From a virus: 64,000 bases of DNA. The DNA is taken from positions 25,727 through 89,726 of the IMG/VR virus record IMGVR_UViG_3300026118_000001. The stretch is one strand, 5' to 3'. The notes beneath the pieces are model-generated. The model did not search any database. It was not told the DNA's origin and worked only from the letters and a program-made list of their open reading frames with translations. The translations under genes and the position numbers were made by a program. Each line of letters starts with the position of its first letter. The stretch's first letter is position 1. Below, in pieces: positions 41,064-50,367 of the stretch.

Positions 41064-43145
41064 TTATGTATTATATGTTATGTTTAAATTCTTAAATTTA
41101 CTATTTGTAATTTGTCTTTTATCTAAATACTTTTTTAAATAAGGATCTTGTCCCCAAGTTGAAGCATTTTGTGTCATATTATCTACATGAATTTTATGTA
41201 GTTCTTTTGTTTGAAGAATACATAACATAAATGCAATAACTCTATCATAGTTACCTTCAACATCATAAGCTATTAATTCTTTTAATAGTCCTATAGACTT
41301 AATTGTATGAAAGTTAAATATCTTCTTTCCATCAATATCATCTCTTTCTGTATATAACCAATCTTTCAAATATAACTCACACATATCCTTAATTCCACTA
41401 CTTCCTCCATTTCCTCTATTCATATGACATCCATATCCCCTTTGTACTTTAGAGTCCTTAATAATGTCTTTAATCATATGATCTGGTTGTTCCCACATTA
41501 AGTATAATGAGTTTTTATTTGAAAAATAATTCTTCATTCCTTTTAATTGATTTTCATATAATACTTTAGCATTATAATAAATACAAAGTCTTCTACATTG
41601 TTCATAAAAATCATCTGCAAATTTAGGTCTACCTGTAAATTCAGCTACAATTATATCATGAGTTTTACCTTGTTGTATAAATCTCTTATAAACATAAAAA
41701 GAACCTAATGATCCACTTCCTGATTTATCCATATCATAAGGGTCACATCCAGCTATATATAAACTATAAGGAATATCTTTAGATTTAAATTCTGGTCTTT
41801 CCCAAATAGCAATGCAACCAGTATTATCTTCATCTGGTTTTAATGGGAATGATGTTATATAAGTTAAATCTGAATTTGGTTGAAATTCTAACTCTTCACC
41901 CTTCCAAACTAATTCTCCTTTTTCAACTTGATCTCTTAATGATGGTGTTGTTTCTAATTCTCCTAAATGTTCTAATAATTCTGGAGATGCAAATATAGCT
42001 CCTTTGTTTCTTAAAAATGCTTCTTGCCAAGTTAATGGAAATTGTGTAACTGCTCCATGTTGTGCTCTTGGATCAAGTCCACCTTTTGCTTTTTCTCTTT
42101 GATAAAGAATATCATCAATAGCTGCTTCTTCGTTTGAATTACCATCACTATCAATCATTGGTTGTCTATACCATTTAGATAGTTTATTCATACAAAGTCC
42201 TTCTCTGCCTCTAGCTGCTGTACTAAAATAAGCAATTCTTTTCATTGGATTTTCTGGATCTGGAAAATCTAACATATTATATTTTTCAGGAGTGACAAAC
42301 ATTTCATAAAAATATTTACTTCCTGTATCCATGTCTCCAGAAGATCCAAATATAATTGCTACACCTGAATACATTGAACCTGTTTTAATAAGAGGTTCTG
42401 TAAATGAATACATATCTGTAATATTAGGAAATACACCACCTTCATCTAATATTAATTTTCCAGCAGATTTACCTACTGCTGCTGTAGGATTATCTTTAAA
42501 ACTAATAGCCCTTACAGAACTATTATAACCTTTCCATACTTTAACTCCTCCAACATCTGATTGATACCTAGCTACTATATTATCTTTTAAATCAGGATTT
42601 CTTTGTTTTCTAAATTCTGTATTTATATTAATAAAGTTTAAATTATCAATAACCATTTGCATAGTTGTTAAAGCATAACTACTTAGAAAAGCTCCAATAA
42701 TAGAATTAGATTTTGGAAAAAATGTAAATTCCCAGGCACAAATTGCTGCTGCTTTATATGACCATCCTTGCCTTCTTCCTTTTACTGCTAATAGACATTT
42801 TTGATATTTCTCACAATATTCAATCATGTGGAAATAATCATAATCTAAATCCATAAACATTGGAAACATTTCTGTTTTTTTACCAATAGCATAATTATAT
42901 CCAGATATTCTACAGAAATTTAAATAGAAAAAATGATGTCCTGTAATTCTAATTCCTTTAGAATTGATGAAACCATATAAACATTTTTCTCTAACATCTT
43001 TCCAAAATTTTATATAATCATCAGTACCTTCTATAGAAAGAGTGTAGAATCCATATTTAATAAAATGGTCAGCAAGATAACTAAATTCTTTAGAATTTGT
43101 AAATAATTCAACTTGCGGAACATATGGATTACCAATACTACTCAT
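41064..43145 (-). CDS. terL: Terminase large subunit
   Basis: ITGHHFFYLNF, Walker A-like KGRRQGWS, Walker B LILDEGG, nuclease GCDPYD, YENQ, NYDRV. Confidence 0.92.
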   Translation of the reverse strand: MSSIGNPYVPQVELFTNSKEFSYLADHFIKYGFYTLSIEGTDDYIKFWKDVREKCLYGFINSKGIRITGHHFFYLNFCRISGYNYAIGKKTEMFPMFMDLDYDYFHMIEYCEKYQKCLLAVKGRRQGWSYKAAAICAWEFTFFPKSNSIIGAFLSSYALTTMQMVIDNLNFININTEFRKQRNPDLKDNIVARYQSDVGGVKVWKGYNSSVRAISFKDNPTAAVGKSAGKLILDEGGVFPNITDMYSFTEPLIKTGSMYSGVAIIFGSSGDMDTGSKYFYEMFVTPEKYNMLDFPDPENPMKRIAYFSTAARGREGLCMNKLSKWYRQPMIDSDGNSNEEAAIDDILYQREKAKGGLDPRAQHGAVTQFPLTWQEAFLRNKGAIFASPELLEHLGELETTPSLRDQVEKGELVWKGEELEFQPNSDLTYITSFPLKPDEDNTGCIAIWERPEFKSKDIPYSLYIAGCDPYDMDKSGSGSLGSFYVYKRFIQQGKTHDIIVAEFTGRPKFADDFYEQCRRLCIYYNAKVLYENQLKGMKNYFSNKNSLYLMWEQPDHMIKDIIKDSKVQRGYGCHMNRGNGGSSGIKDMCELYLKDWLYTERDDIDGKKIFNFHTIKSIGLLKELIAYDVEGNYDRVIAFMLCILQTKELHKIHVDNMTQNASTWGQDPYLKKYLDKRQITNSKFKNLNITYNT

Positions 43146-43444
43146 TAATTTTCCTCCTGTTCAAATAAACCTAATTTTGCACCACCTCTAACTTTTGTAT
43201 TTGATTGTTCTTCTTGTTGTACTTTTTTTTCTAGTATAGCAAGAGTTTCAAAAGCTTTTCCCATTTTTTCAATTACACTCATCATAGTAGTTGCTTTCTT
43301 TTCACTATTAGCATCATCATCTGTAAAATCTATATCATCTAAATAATCTTTTAATTTATATAATGCCTTTCTCACAGAAGTTAGTAAATCTTCACTTACT
43401 GTTTTATTTTTAGTCTTATTGGTATTTTCTTCCTTTTTAGCCAC
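43145..43444 (-). CDS. Hypothetical helical protein, candidate terminase small subunit
   Basis: Abuts terL; coiled coil with KVRGG tail. Confidence 0.35.
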   Translation of the reverse strand: MAKKEENTNKTKNKTVSEDLLTSVRKALYKLKDYLDDIDFTDDDANSEKKATTMMSVIEKMGKAFETLAILEKKVQQEEQSNTKVRGGAKLGLFEQEEN

Positions 43445-43713
43445 TATCCTCTTAATATAATTTTAGCTTGATCTTGAGAAACTACTTCAATTGTTTTCTT
43501 CCCTTCTAATTCACATACTCTTTTATCTAGTTCAATTGCAAATCCACCGTAATCACCCATACCTTCATAAAGATTCTTAATTTCATTTTGAGCAGATTTA
43601 ATTCTGCTGTATAATTCAATTATAGCACCAACAGCATCTATATAAGGTTTACCCTCATGTTGCTTTGTATATTTTTCAATAAATTCACTTGCTTTTTCTT
43701 GTTCCTTATTCAT
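43444..43713 (-). CDS. Hypothetical protein
   Basis: Coupled ORF in operon. Confidence 0.55.
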   Translation of the reverse strand: MNKEQEKASEFIEKYTKQHEGKPYIDAVGAIIELYSRIKSAQNEIKNLYEGMGDYGGFAIELDKRVCELEGKKTIEVVSQDQAKIILRG

Positions 43714-44002
43714 TTGTTGTTATAAATTGATGTATTAAATTACTAAAACTATTTACAAATTTTTCATCTTCACTCAACTCAGTATAACCTAGATGGTCTA
43801 AGCAGGCATGAGTAACCTCATGCAAAAATGTCTGATCTAATTGCTCTGTGGTTAGTTTATACTTTCTTGTAGATTGTTGTAATGTTATTTTATTTTTACT
43901 AAATTCCCATAAACCATATGCTTGTTTTTTATCTAGAAGTGTTCTAGAGTATTTAACTTTTATTGTTTGGTTAAATAATTTGAATTCCCTTGGTATTACC
44001 AT
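43706..44002 (-). CDS. Small zincin-like metallopeptidase
   Basis: TFLHEVTHA (HExxH) plus downstream E.FV. Confidence 0.65.
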   Translation of the reverse strand: MVIPREFKLFNQTIKVKYSRTLLDKKQAYGLWEFSKNKITLQQSTRKYKLTTEQLDQTFLHEVTHACLDHLGYTELSEDEKFVNSFSNLIHQFITTNE

Positions 44003-44274
44003 CTCTTCAGTCCTGTTATAAAGACAGGTTTTATTAGTTTCTCTATTTCCTCAAATTTATGATTTAATCTAAAATATCTATCATCGCCGTTAGGTTCCTT
44101 TACTATACACCATTTTTTACTAGGAACTCCTTTAGCATTTAAATAATGTTCTACTAATAATCCATTAGTTTCAAACATCTTTTTATATTCTACATTCCTT
44201 TTTATTAACTTTTGTATTCCTTTTTTGTCTGTTTTATAAACATCTGTTAAAACTTTAAACACTTGTATTGGCAT
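43996..44274 (-). CDS. Hypothetical protein (start at MPIQ preferred)
   Basis: ORF coupled to neighbours. Confidence 0.5.
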   Translation of the reverse strand: MPIQVFKVLTDVYKTDKKGIQKLIKRNVEYKKMFETNGLLVEHYLNAKGVPSKKWCIVKEPNGDDRYFRLNHKFEEIEKLIKPVFITGLKRW

Positions 44275-44539
44275 AATTTGAATTATTATATTCTGAAGTT
44301 TTAATATACATAACTGATACTGGATCAATAAGACTTTCAAATGATTCTACTTTTACATATTCATATTTATCATCTATTCTCTTTATTAGAGATTTAGCAA
44401 TATTAAAAATTTCTATTGCTAATGAAGGATTAAACTTTAAAAAGTTTGAAAACGTATAATCATAATTAACTTCTAGTTTTGATACTCCAGTTACTCTTAA
44501 TTTAGTTTCCATATATGTTACCATTTTTTTAAAGGACAT
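44255..44539 (-). CDS. Hypothetical protein
   Basis: ORF in operon. Confidence 0.5.
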   Translation of the reverse strand: MSFKKMVTYMETKLRVTGVSKLEVNYDYTFSNFLKFNPSLAIEIFNIAKSLIKRIDDKYEYVKVESFESLIDPVSVMYIKTSEYNNSNYANTSV

Positions 44540-44751
44540 TCAGATCCTGATCTTGCTTTTAATTTAAGAGCACATCCACAACCCTTAATTCCATTATGTT
44601 CTTTCTTTTTACTACAAACTCCTTCATCTCTTAAAGGACAATTAAAACATTTATTAAGTCTTTCTTTTGCTTTAATTTCTATTTGTTCATCTTTAAATAT
44701 AAAATTAACAAATCCTTCAAAGATTTCCTGTGACTGTTTTATTAGACTCAT
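44518..44751 (-). CDS. Cys-rich small protein (probable Zn binding)
   Basis: R...CFNC...C...GCGC.L..K.R...CP..KW. Confidence 0.6.
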   Translation of the reverse strand: MSLIKQSQEIFEGFVNFIFKDEQIEIKAKERLNKCFNCPLRDEGVCSKKKEHNGIKGCGCALKLKARSGSECPLKKW

Positions 44752-44971
44752 TTAACATCTTCCTTTTAATTTCATATTCAGCTTTTGTTGGTGGTTTCTT
44801 CTTTCTAGCAAACTTACCTAAATATATAATTTTTATTGTTTTATTACTATAATCTTGTAATTCATCTTTTATTAGGTTCCATTGTGATCTTGAAACTTCT
44901 TCTATTATATTTTTATCTATTCCTAACTTATTTGAAACTGTTTTAGATATATCATCTATTTTAACTTTCAT
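44717..44971 (-). CDS. HU/IHF-like DNA-binding protein
   Basis: VSNKLGIDK..IEEV helices followed by IKIIYLGKF. Confidence 0.55.
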   Translation of the reverse strand: MKVKIDDISKTVSNKLGIDKNIIEEVSRSQWNLIKDELQDYSNKTIKIIYLGKFARKKKPPTKAEYEIKRKMLNESNKTVTGNL

Positions 44972-45190
44972 TTAATTTTTCTGTTCCTTTAAATTTAAAG
45001 TTTTAACTTTTAATTCTTTCATTTCCACATCTTTAACTATTTTATAACTAAACTCTGGGTGAATCTCTGATAGTCTATTTAGATTAAAATTTAATTCTTC
45101 TTCTAATAGATCTAAATCTTCTAGGTCATTTAATACTATAATTGATTCTCTTAAACTAATTGACATTAAATTTAAAGTGTAATTCACCAT
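44972..45190 (-). CDS. Hypothetical protein
   Basis: ORF in operon. Confidence 0.45.
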   Translation of the reverse strand: MVNYTLNLMSISLRESIIVLNDLEDLDLLEEELNFNLNRLSEIHPEFSYKIVKDVEMKELKVKTLNLKEQKN

Positions 45191-45482
45191 CTTCTACCAC
45201 TTTTAATATTTGATTATTAATAGTGAGTTCATTGTGAGAGTTAAGTATTAGTATATTTTTATCTTTTAACTTCTTAATATAGTTATTGGTGTTAGCTATT
45301 GACTTATCTCCAATTAAATCTCTAATTTGCTTTCTAGTTTCTTTTGTTATTGATTTTATATCATTATCTAACATTTTAACTATTATATCTAATTCAAAAT
45401 TAGACATCTTTAAAAAACAATTAACTACTTTCAATATACCTAAGTGATAATTTTCCTTTTTTGTATTTATATTATATTCCAT
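45156..45482 (-). CDS. Winged-HTH DNA-binding protein
   Basis: RKQIRDLIG..SIANTNNYIKKLKDKNIL...IN pattern. Confidence 0.55.
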   Translation of the reverse strand: MEYNINTKKENYHLGILKVVNCFLKMSNFELDIIVKMLDNDIKSITKETRKQIRDLIGDKSIANTNNYIKKLKDKNILILNSHNELTINNQILKVVEDGELHFKFNVN

Positions 45483-45666
45483 TTTCTTGTAATTCTTCTA
45501 AATTTATCCAAGAATCTAAATCTACTCCACCTATTTTTAATTTATATTGATCTAGAATTAATTCTTTATCTAATTCATTAAAGTTCATATTATTATATAT
45601 ATGATGTGGTGTACTTTCAACATATTTTTTAATAATCTCCAATTCCTTGTTCTTCATCTCTTTCAA
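45472..45666 (-). CDS. Hypothetical protein
   Basis: ORF in operon. Confidence 0.45.
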   Translation of the reverse strand: MKEMKNKELEIIKKYVESTPHHIYNNMNFNELDKELILDQYKLKIGGVDLDSWINLEELQENGI

Positions 45667-45871
45667 TTCCTAGTTTCTTTCTTATTTTTTCTAATCTTTT
45701 AACATTTAAATCATCATAGTTGATATATGATTCTTCTAAGAATGGATCTATATCTAATTTATATTTAAGTCTTTTAACTCCTTCTTTTAATATAATATCA
45801 CCATTAGTATGAATAGCTTCTATTTCATCGTTAAAATAATGTTTACTTAATGTTTTTAATCTTTCTTGCAT
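45629..45871 (-). CDS. Hypothetical protein
   Basis: ORF in operon. Confidence 0.45.
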   Translation of the reverse strand: MQERLKTLSKHYFNDEIEAIHTNGDIILKEGVKRLKYKLDIDPFLEESYINYDDLNVKRLEKIRKKLGIERDEEQGIGDY

Positions 45872-46053
45872 TCTTTTTTATTTTTAATTCTTTCTACTAT
45901 TGAGTTAGCAACTCTCCATTCTCTTTCATTCATCATATCATTCCAAAATTCAGGTCTTTCACTTGGATAATTCCATTTATTCTCAAAGTTTTCTCTTGAA
46001 TTAGATTCTCCTTCTAAGAATTCATTATTATTTTGTGCTGTGTCCATGTTCAA
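45856..46053 (-). CDS. Hypothetical protein
   Basis: ORF in operon. Confidence 0.45.
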   Translation of the reverse strand: MNMDTAQNNNEFLEGESNSRENFENKWNYPSERPEFWNDMMNEREWRVANSIVERIKNKKECKKD

Positions 46054-46069
46054 TTATACTTCCTGTTAC

Positions 46070-46189
46070 TTTATAACTCTTTCTCATAATGCTTAATTCA
46101 TTACTTAGTAATATCTGTGACTCATGAATTTTATTTGAATGATTTGCATATTTAGATATGAATCTTCCTTTTTTATCTCTTAATTTCAT
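46070..46189 (-). CDS. Small basic protein (39 aa), probably leaderless
   Basis: MKLRDKKGRFISKY...; ATG lies 4 nt after the -7 element of promoter 46194-46229. Confidence 0.5.
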
Positions 46190-46193
46190 GATA

Positions 46194-46229
46194 CAAATAT
46201 CTGAAGATTAATTTATTTCTACAACTTAT
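46194..46229 (-). promoter_or_regulatory. Promoter
   Basis: ATAAGTTG-N20-GATATTTG on minus strand. Confidence 0.65.
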
Positions 46230-46521
46230 TATTAATATATTATTAAAAGAAAGAAAATAAAAAGTTTAAGCTACAAGAAATATGTAACTCTTTAAGTTTT
46301 AAAAATGGTTATAATCGCTATTATGTTAGTTTACTGGTTATATTAGTTTCCATGTATTTTTAAATATTTAGGAAATCTAATAACATTCAACAGATGATCT
46401 TCGCCTTACACTCTGGTGTCATCTCTAAACTTATTTTAATAACTTCTTTGGAAATCCTACAACTTTCTAATTTCTTAGTTTTAAACTTGGGCCAAAGAAG
46501 GGTTAATCAAATTATAATATG

Positions 46522-46557
46522 TAAAGATACAAAATATATTTCACATTTACAACTTAT
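46522..46557 (-). promoter_or_regulatory. Promoter firing into a non-coding structured stretch
   Basis: ATAAGTTG-N20-TATCTTTA on minus strand. Confidence 0.6.
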
Positions 46558-46567
46558 ATTTGATTTA

Positions 46568-46768
46568 TTATATTCTTCCTTCTGTATCTACTTGAATATT
46601 AAAGTGTTTCCTCTTATCCAAACATACTATTATTTCTTCAAATTCTTTAAGAGTTATATTAATAAGTGACTTAGGTTTACAATATCTACCTTTAGAGTCT
46701 CTAAATTTATTAGATTCTCTAATGTGGTGCATTAAACCTTTTCCTAATTTTAGTTCATTATTTTCCAT
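46568..46768 (-). CDS. Hypothetical protein
   Basis: First gene of minus-strand block; RDSKGRY motif. Confidence 0.55.
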   Translation of the reverse strand: MENNELKLGKGLMHHIRESNKFRDSKGRYCKPKSLINITLKEFEEIIVCLDKRKHFNIQVDTEGRI

Positions 46769-46788
46769 TTTTATTATTTATTAGACTG

Positions 46789-46824
46789 TAAATATAATAT
46801 AAATTATTATAATATGAAACTTAT
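46789..46824 (-). promoter_or_regulatory. Promoter (variant)
   Basis: ATAAGTTT-N20-TATATTTA on minus strand. Confidence 0.55.
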
Positions 46825-47016
46825 TTTATAAAATTTTAAAAATTTTATAGATTTCTAAAACTTATTTTTTATAATTTTTTAAAAATCTTAGTGTAAGTAG
46901 GGACTTGAACCACCTCTAATCCAACCCCCCATTAGTTTTAGGAAGGAAAATGGTTTTCTTTCTATCTGAATAGTGATTGACTATTTCAAAGATATTTATT
47001 CTTAATCTTATAAATT

Positions 47017-47274
47017 ATGAAAACTTTTATTATAGCATCTTCTAATCCTAATTCTAAAGAAGGATTTGTTACTAAGCTACAGTGTGAAACAACCATTAAA
47101 ACTCCTTTTGGAGATAAGGTTAAGAAAGAAACATATTATGTGTCTGGTTCTAAACAAATGACTGTTGATTCATCTGTTGATGTTGATATGTCTATGTTTA
47201 CTATTGGAATGCATGAGATGGTTAATCCTTCTACATCTGAAGTATTTATGGCTAAGTGGTTACATTTAGCTTAA
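47017..47274 (+). CDS. Hypothetical early protein
   Basis: First ORF after strand switch; followed by hairpin. Confidence 0.65.
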   Translation: MKTFIIASSNPNSKEGFVTKLQCETTIKTPFGDKVKKETYYVSGSKQMTVDSSVDVDMSMFTIGMHEMVNPSTSEVFMAKWLHLA

Positions 47275-47280
47275 TTTATT

Positions 47281-47312
47281 GGACTAATCCTTAATTGGGT
47301 TAGTCCTTATTA
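47281..47312 (+). terminator. Hairpin/terminator
   Basis: GGACTAATCC-TTAATT-GGGTTAGTCC followed by TTATTA. Confidence 0.6.
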
Positions 47313-47331
47313 TTAATCTTAATTCTATTTA

Positions 47332-47475
47332 ATGACTAAAAAAGAGTTAATGCAATTAATTAGAGATAATCTTGATTTATTGCAATCAGTTGATAATCTA
47401 TCTGAAGTAAAAGATTATATTGATAATCATCCATCTAATGAAGGATATATTATTATTGTTCCACCAAAATCTTAA
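47332..47475 (+). CDS. Small hypothetical protein (47 aa)
   Basis: MTKKELMQLIRDNLDLL...IIIVPPKS. Confidence 0.5.
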   Translation: MTKKELMQLIRDNLDLLQSVDNLSEVKDYIDNHPSNEGYIIIVPPKS

Positions 47476-47576
47476 TATTATGAGATTCACAGATCAAACA
47501 GGACATTTAGTTGTTCTTATTTTAGCAGCCTTATTTATGGCATTAATCATTGTAATTTAATCCTTAATAACAAATA

Positions 47577-47885
47577 ATGAATAAACACAACAATAATACT
47601 TATGTTGATCCAAGATTAACAGGTAGAGTACAAAACAGTGAACCATCAATAGTTAAATTAATGGAATCTACTGGTTTAGGTAGAGATGAAATCTTAAACA
47701 AATTAGGACTTGTTCAACCACCTATAACACCATCAAATGAACCATTCAGAAGTTCTAGAGCATCTATTAAACAAATAAAGAGAATTACAACTATTGTTGA
47801 TGATAGTTTAATTCAAGCATTTGCCAATTGGTCTAATTATAAACCTAATTGGGGTGGATTTATATTTAATGGTGTTAAAATCTAA
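47577..47885 (+). CDS. Hypothetical protein
   Basis: ORF with A-rich leader. Confidence 0.55.
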   Translation: MNKHNNNTYVDPRLTGRVQNSEPSIVKLMESTGLGRDEILNKLGLVQPPITPSNEPFRSSRASIKQIKRITTIVDDSLIQAFANWSNYKPNWGGFIFNGVKI

Positions 47886-48000
47886 TGACTATCATCAAGA
47901 TAGTTCCATGTGATTACTATATTAGTAGCATTTGGAGGCACTGTGAAGTGCTTAGAAATATCAGAAATAACAATACATACACTATTCTGTCATTAAATTA

Positions 48001-48102
48001 ATGTTTGAGCAAGAGATATTGTCTTTACTAGAACTAGGTTTTACTAGAGAACAAGCAATTCAAGAGCTAAATCTTGAACTCAATGAATTAATTGAATGTT
48101 AA
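48001..48102 (+). CDS. 33-aa UBA/RuvA-C-like helical peptide
   Basis: MFEQEILSLLELGFTREQAIQELNLELNELIEC. Confidence 0.45.
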   Translation: MFEQEILSLLELGFTREQAIQELNLELNELIEC

Positions 48103-48214
48103 ACTTATTGAGAATATATTATTTAAAGATGGTTTTTGGGTTGTGATTGACTCTATATGTTTTCAACTTTATTTAATATATTCTCATTCTTATTCTCCAA
48201 CAAATCAATTTATT

Positions 48215-48499
48215 ATGAAAGAAATAACAAATGAACAGAAAATAGCTATTCTTCAAGCTGCTTTAGAATTGATTAAAAGTCATAACAAGTATAATCTCTG
48301 TGAAACAATTAGAATGTTAACAGAGAATAAAACTGGATTGATATATGATTCTACAGAAATTAGAGTTATATTCAATTTAAATGATTATAAACCAGTTGAT
48401 AGAGTTAGAATGGAAGAATGGTGGTCTTTAGATGCTGAAGGTCAGCAACAAAGAATTAATGTAATTGAATTATTAATCTTTAAACTTAAAAATCTATGA
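48215..48499 (+). CDS. Hypothetical protein (start at MKEITNE preferred)
   Basis: ATG follows a long hairpin. Confidence 0.55.
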   Translation: MKEITNEQKIAILQAALELIKSHNKYNLCETIRMLTENKTGLIYDSTEIRVIFNLNDYKPVDRVRMEEWWSLDAEGQQQRINVIELLIFKLKNL

Positions 48500-48813
48500 A
48501 AAAACTATGGATTATAATAGCAGGAATAGACTTAATTATCAGTTTGATAGTTTTAGCCTTTAGTGAGTTATATGTTTATAACCCTAAGAAATCTAATAAA
48601 TATATTCCATTAAAAGTTGAATATCATTTAATTAATCATGATGTTAATGATCCTAATACTGTTTCAGGTAGGCTTAATTTACATTATGGTATTAAAGTTA
48701 ATGATTTGTTAGAATTAAAATATATTAATGATACTTTATGTTTAAGTGGAATTAATCTATTTAAATCAGATTCTAATGCAACTATTTGTAAAGTAATAGA
48801 ATATAGAGAATAA
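48496..48813 (+). CDS. Membrane-anchored hypothetical protein
   Basis: N-terminal TM. Confidence 0.55.
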   Translation: MKKLWIIIAGIDLIISLIVLAFSELYVYNPKKSNKYIPLKVEYHLINHDVNDPNTVSGRLNLHYGIKVNDLLELKYINDTLCLSGINLFKSDSNATICKVIEYRE

Positions 48814-48918
48814 ATAATACTTGGTGTGGGGAGTGAACATTAGACTAGTAATGGAGGATTGAACGAGATTCTAACCATTATTAGTCTAATTAGTATTAAT
48901 CTATAAAAACTAAAACAT

Positions 48919-49113
48919 ATGAATGTAGAACAACTAATAATAGGTAAACATTATATCTATACAAATCATAATAATGAAGAAGTTCATGTTGAATATATTG
49001 GTGTAGTATCTGATGGATTAACATTCTATAAGTTTAGATGTTATGAAACTGATAGTATTACAACATATTCTCTATTTGATTTTGAAGTTGTAAATTGTAT
49101 TAAAGAATTATAA
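48919..49113 (+). CDS. Small beta-rich hypothetical protein
   Basis: MNVEQLIIGKHYIY; A-rich leader. Confidence 0.6.
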   Translation: MNVEQLIIGKHYIYTNHNNEEVHVEYIGVVSDGLTFYKFRCYETDSITTYSLFDFEVVNCIKEL

Positions 49114-49200
49114 TTAATTATGTTGTACTGTCACTTAAATGTGCTGTTCTCACAATAGCTACTTAAAGGCTATTATTTTATTAATCTAATATTTAAACAA

Positions 49201-49458
49201 ATGGCAACAAAACAAACAATAATTAATTCTTTAACACCAGTGATAGTTATATTATTTCTATTTACTAGTGTAGTTTTATTAATTAATAGTAAGGCTGATA
49301 AGCCTAAATTAAAGACATTATCATTACCAGAAGAATTTATGGAAATAACTAAAGGTGATACTTTAGGTGTTTATGAATCTAATGATACTGTTTATTTAGA
49401 GTTTTATAGAGGAGATATAAGATCTAATAGTAAATATAAACTTCTAATAGCTAATTAA
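49201..49458 (+). CDS. Membrane-anchored hypothetical protein
   Basis: N-terminal TM. Confidence 0.55.
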   Translation: MATKQTIINSLTPVIVILFLFTSVVLLINSKADKPKLKTLSLPEEFMEITKGDTLGVYESNDTVYLEFYRGDIRSNSKYKLLIAN

Positions 49459-49459
49459 T

Positions 49460-49864
49460 ATGTGCTTTTATATAAGAAATAACATAGAATCAGCTACATT
49501 ATGGGTAGCTAAACAAGATATAACTTGTTATAAAATATTAGATAGAGAATTAATTTCTCCTTATCAAAGATTTAAATATGAATATAATAAGTTATACAAA
49601 GTTAAAATAGGAAGATTAGTTCATATGTCTAGTGCAAATAATACTAAAAATGGAATAATATTACATCCTTTCTATGGTAGTAGCATGTCAATATTTTATA
49701 TTAATAAAGGATTACATTCTTATTCATCTAAAGATGAAGCCAAATCATATGAAAGTGATTTTGTATATAAAGCTATTATTCCTAAAGGATCAGAGTTTTA
49801 TTATGATAATTTTTGTAAGGAATATGTTTCTAATCAATTAATAATTAAAAAACTAATTAAATGA
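49460..49864 (+). CDS. Hypothetical phage protein
   Basis: A.QDI.CYK, SPYQ.F.Y, GLHSY, IIPKGS.FY, YVSNQL pattern. Confidence 0.6.
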   Translation: MCFYIRNNIESATLWVAKQDITCYKILDRELISPYQRFKYEYNKLYKVKIGRLVHMSSANNTKNGIILHPFYGSSMSIFYINKGLHSYSSKDEAKSYESDFVYKAIIPKGSEFYYDNFCKEYVSNQLIIKKLIK

Positions 49865-50103
49865 ACACATTTAAAATAATAACAGCTTCATTTATATTGA
49901 CATTATTTGATGTAATTAATTGGTTTAAAACTAATTGGTTTCTAATAGTGTTATGGACTATGTTTCTAATTATTGTTATATTTAATATTATTTACATTTA
50001 TATTAGAATATATGGTAATATTAGATAATATATTAGTAGACTTAGTTACAATTCTATTTGTATTATGTCTAATACATGAATTAATCTTTAAATTTTATAA
50101 CAA

Positions 50104-50367
50104 ATGAATGCAGATCAAATGATTAAAGGTGAATATTATTCATTAAACGATGGAGAATATATTTTTAGATTTAAATATATTAATGATAAATATGTTTTTA
50201 TTATGGATGATTATTTGTGGAGAAATAATTTACAAACAAATCAAACTTTAAATAATGAATTATGTTTATGTGATTTTAATAATAAAGATATTAGAAAAGC
50301 TACATTAGATGAAATTAAATTATTAAATTTTAATTATAGTATTAAAAGAGTTATTCAAATTTATTAA
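50104..50367 (+). CDS. Small protein with C-terminal QIY tag (1/8)
   Basis: Ends KRVIQIY*. Confidence 0.7.
   Translation: MNADQMIKGEYYSLNDGEYIFRFKYINDKYVFIMDDYLWRNNLQTNQTLNNELCLCDFNNKDIRKATLDEIKLLNFNYSIKRVIQIY

Noticed and set aside
491-42528. Short opposite-strand ORFs in the track (e.g. 491-700, 7545-7961, 37540-37941; also 52887-53078 and 60030-60224)
   Set aside because: Antisense shadows of long genes or of structured RNA, with Ser/Leu/Phe-rich composition and no motifs
1253-46768. Stop-codon reassignment (TAG/TGA) as in some crAss-like phages
   Set aside because: Late genes, including the 10.5-kb ORF, are intact in code 11, and genes abut at TAA, TAG and TGA stops
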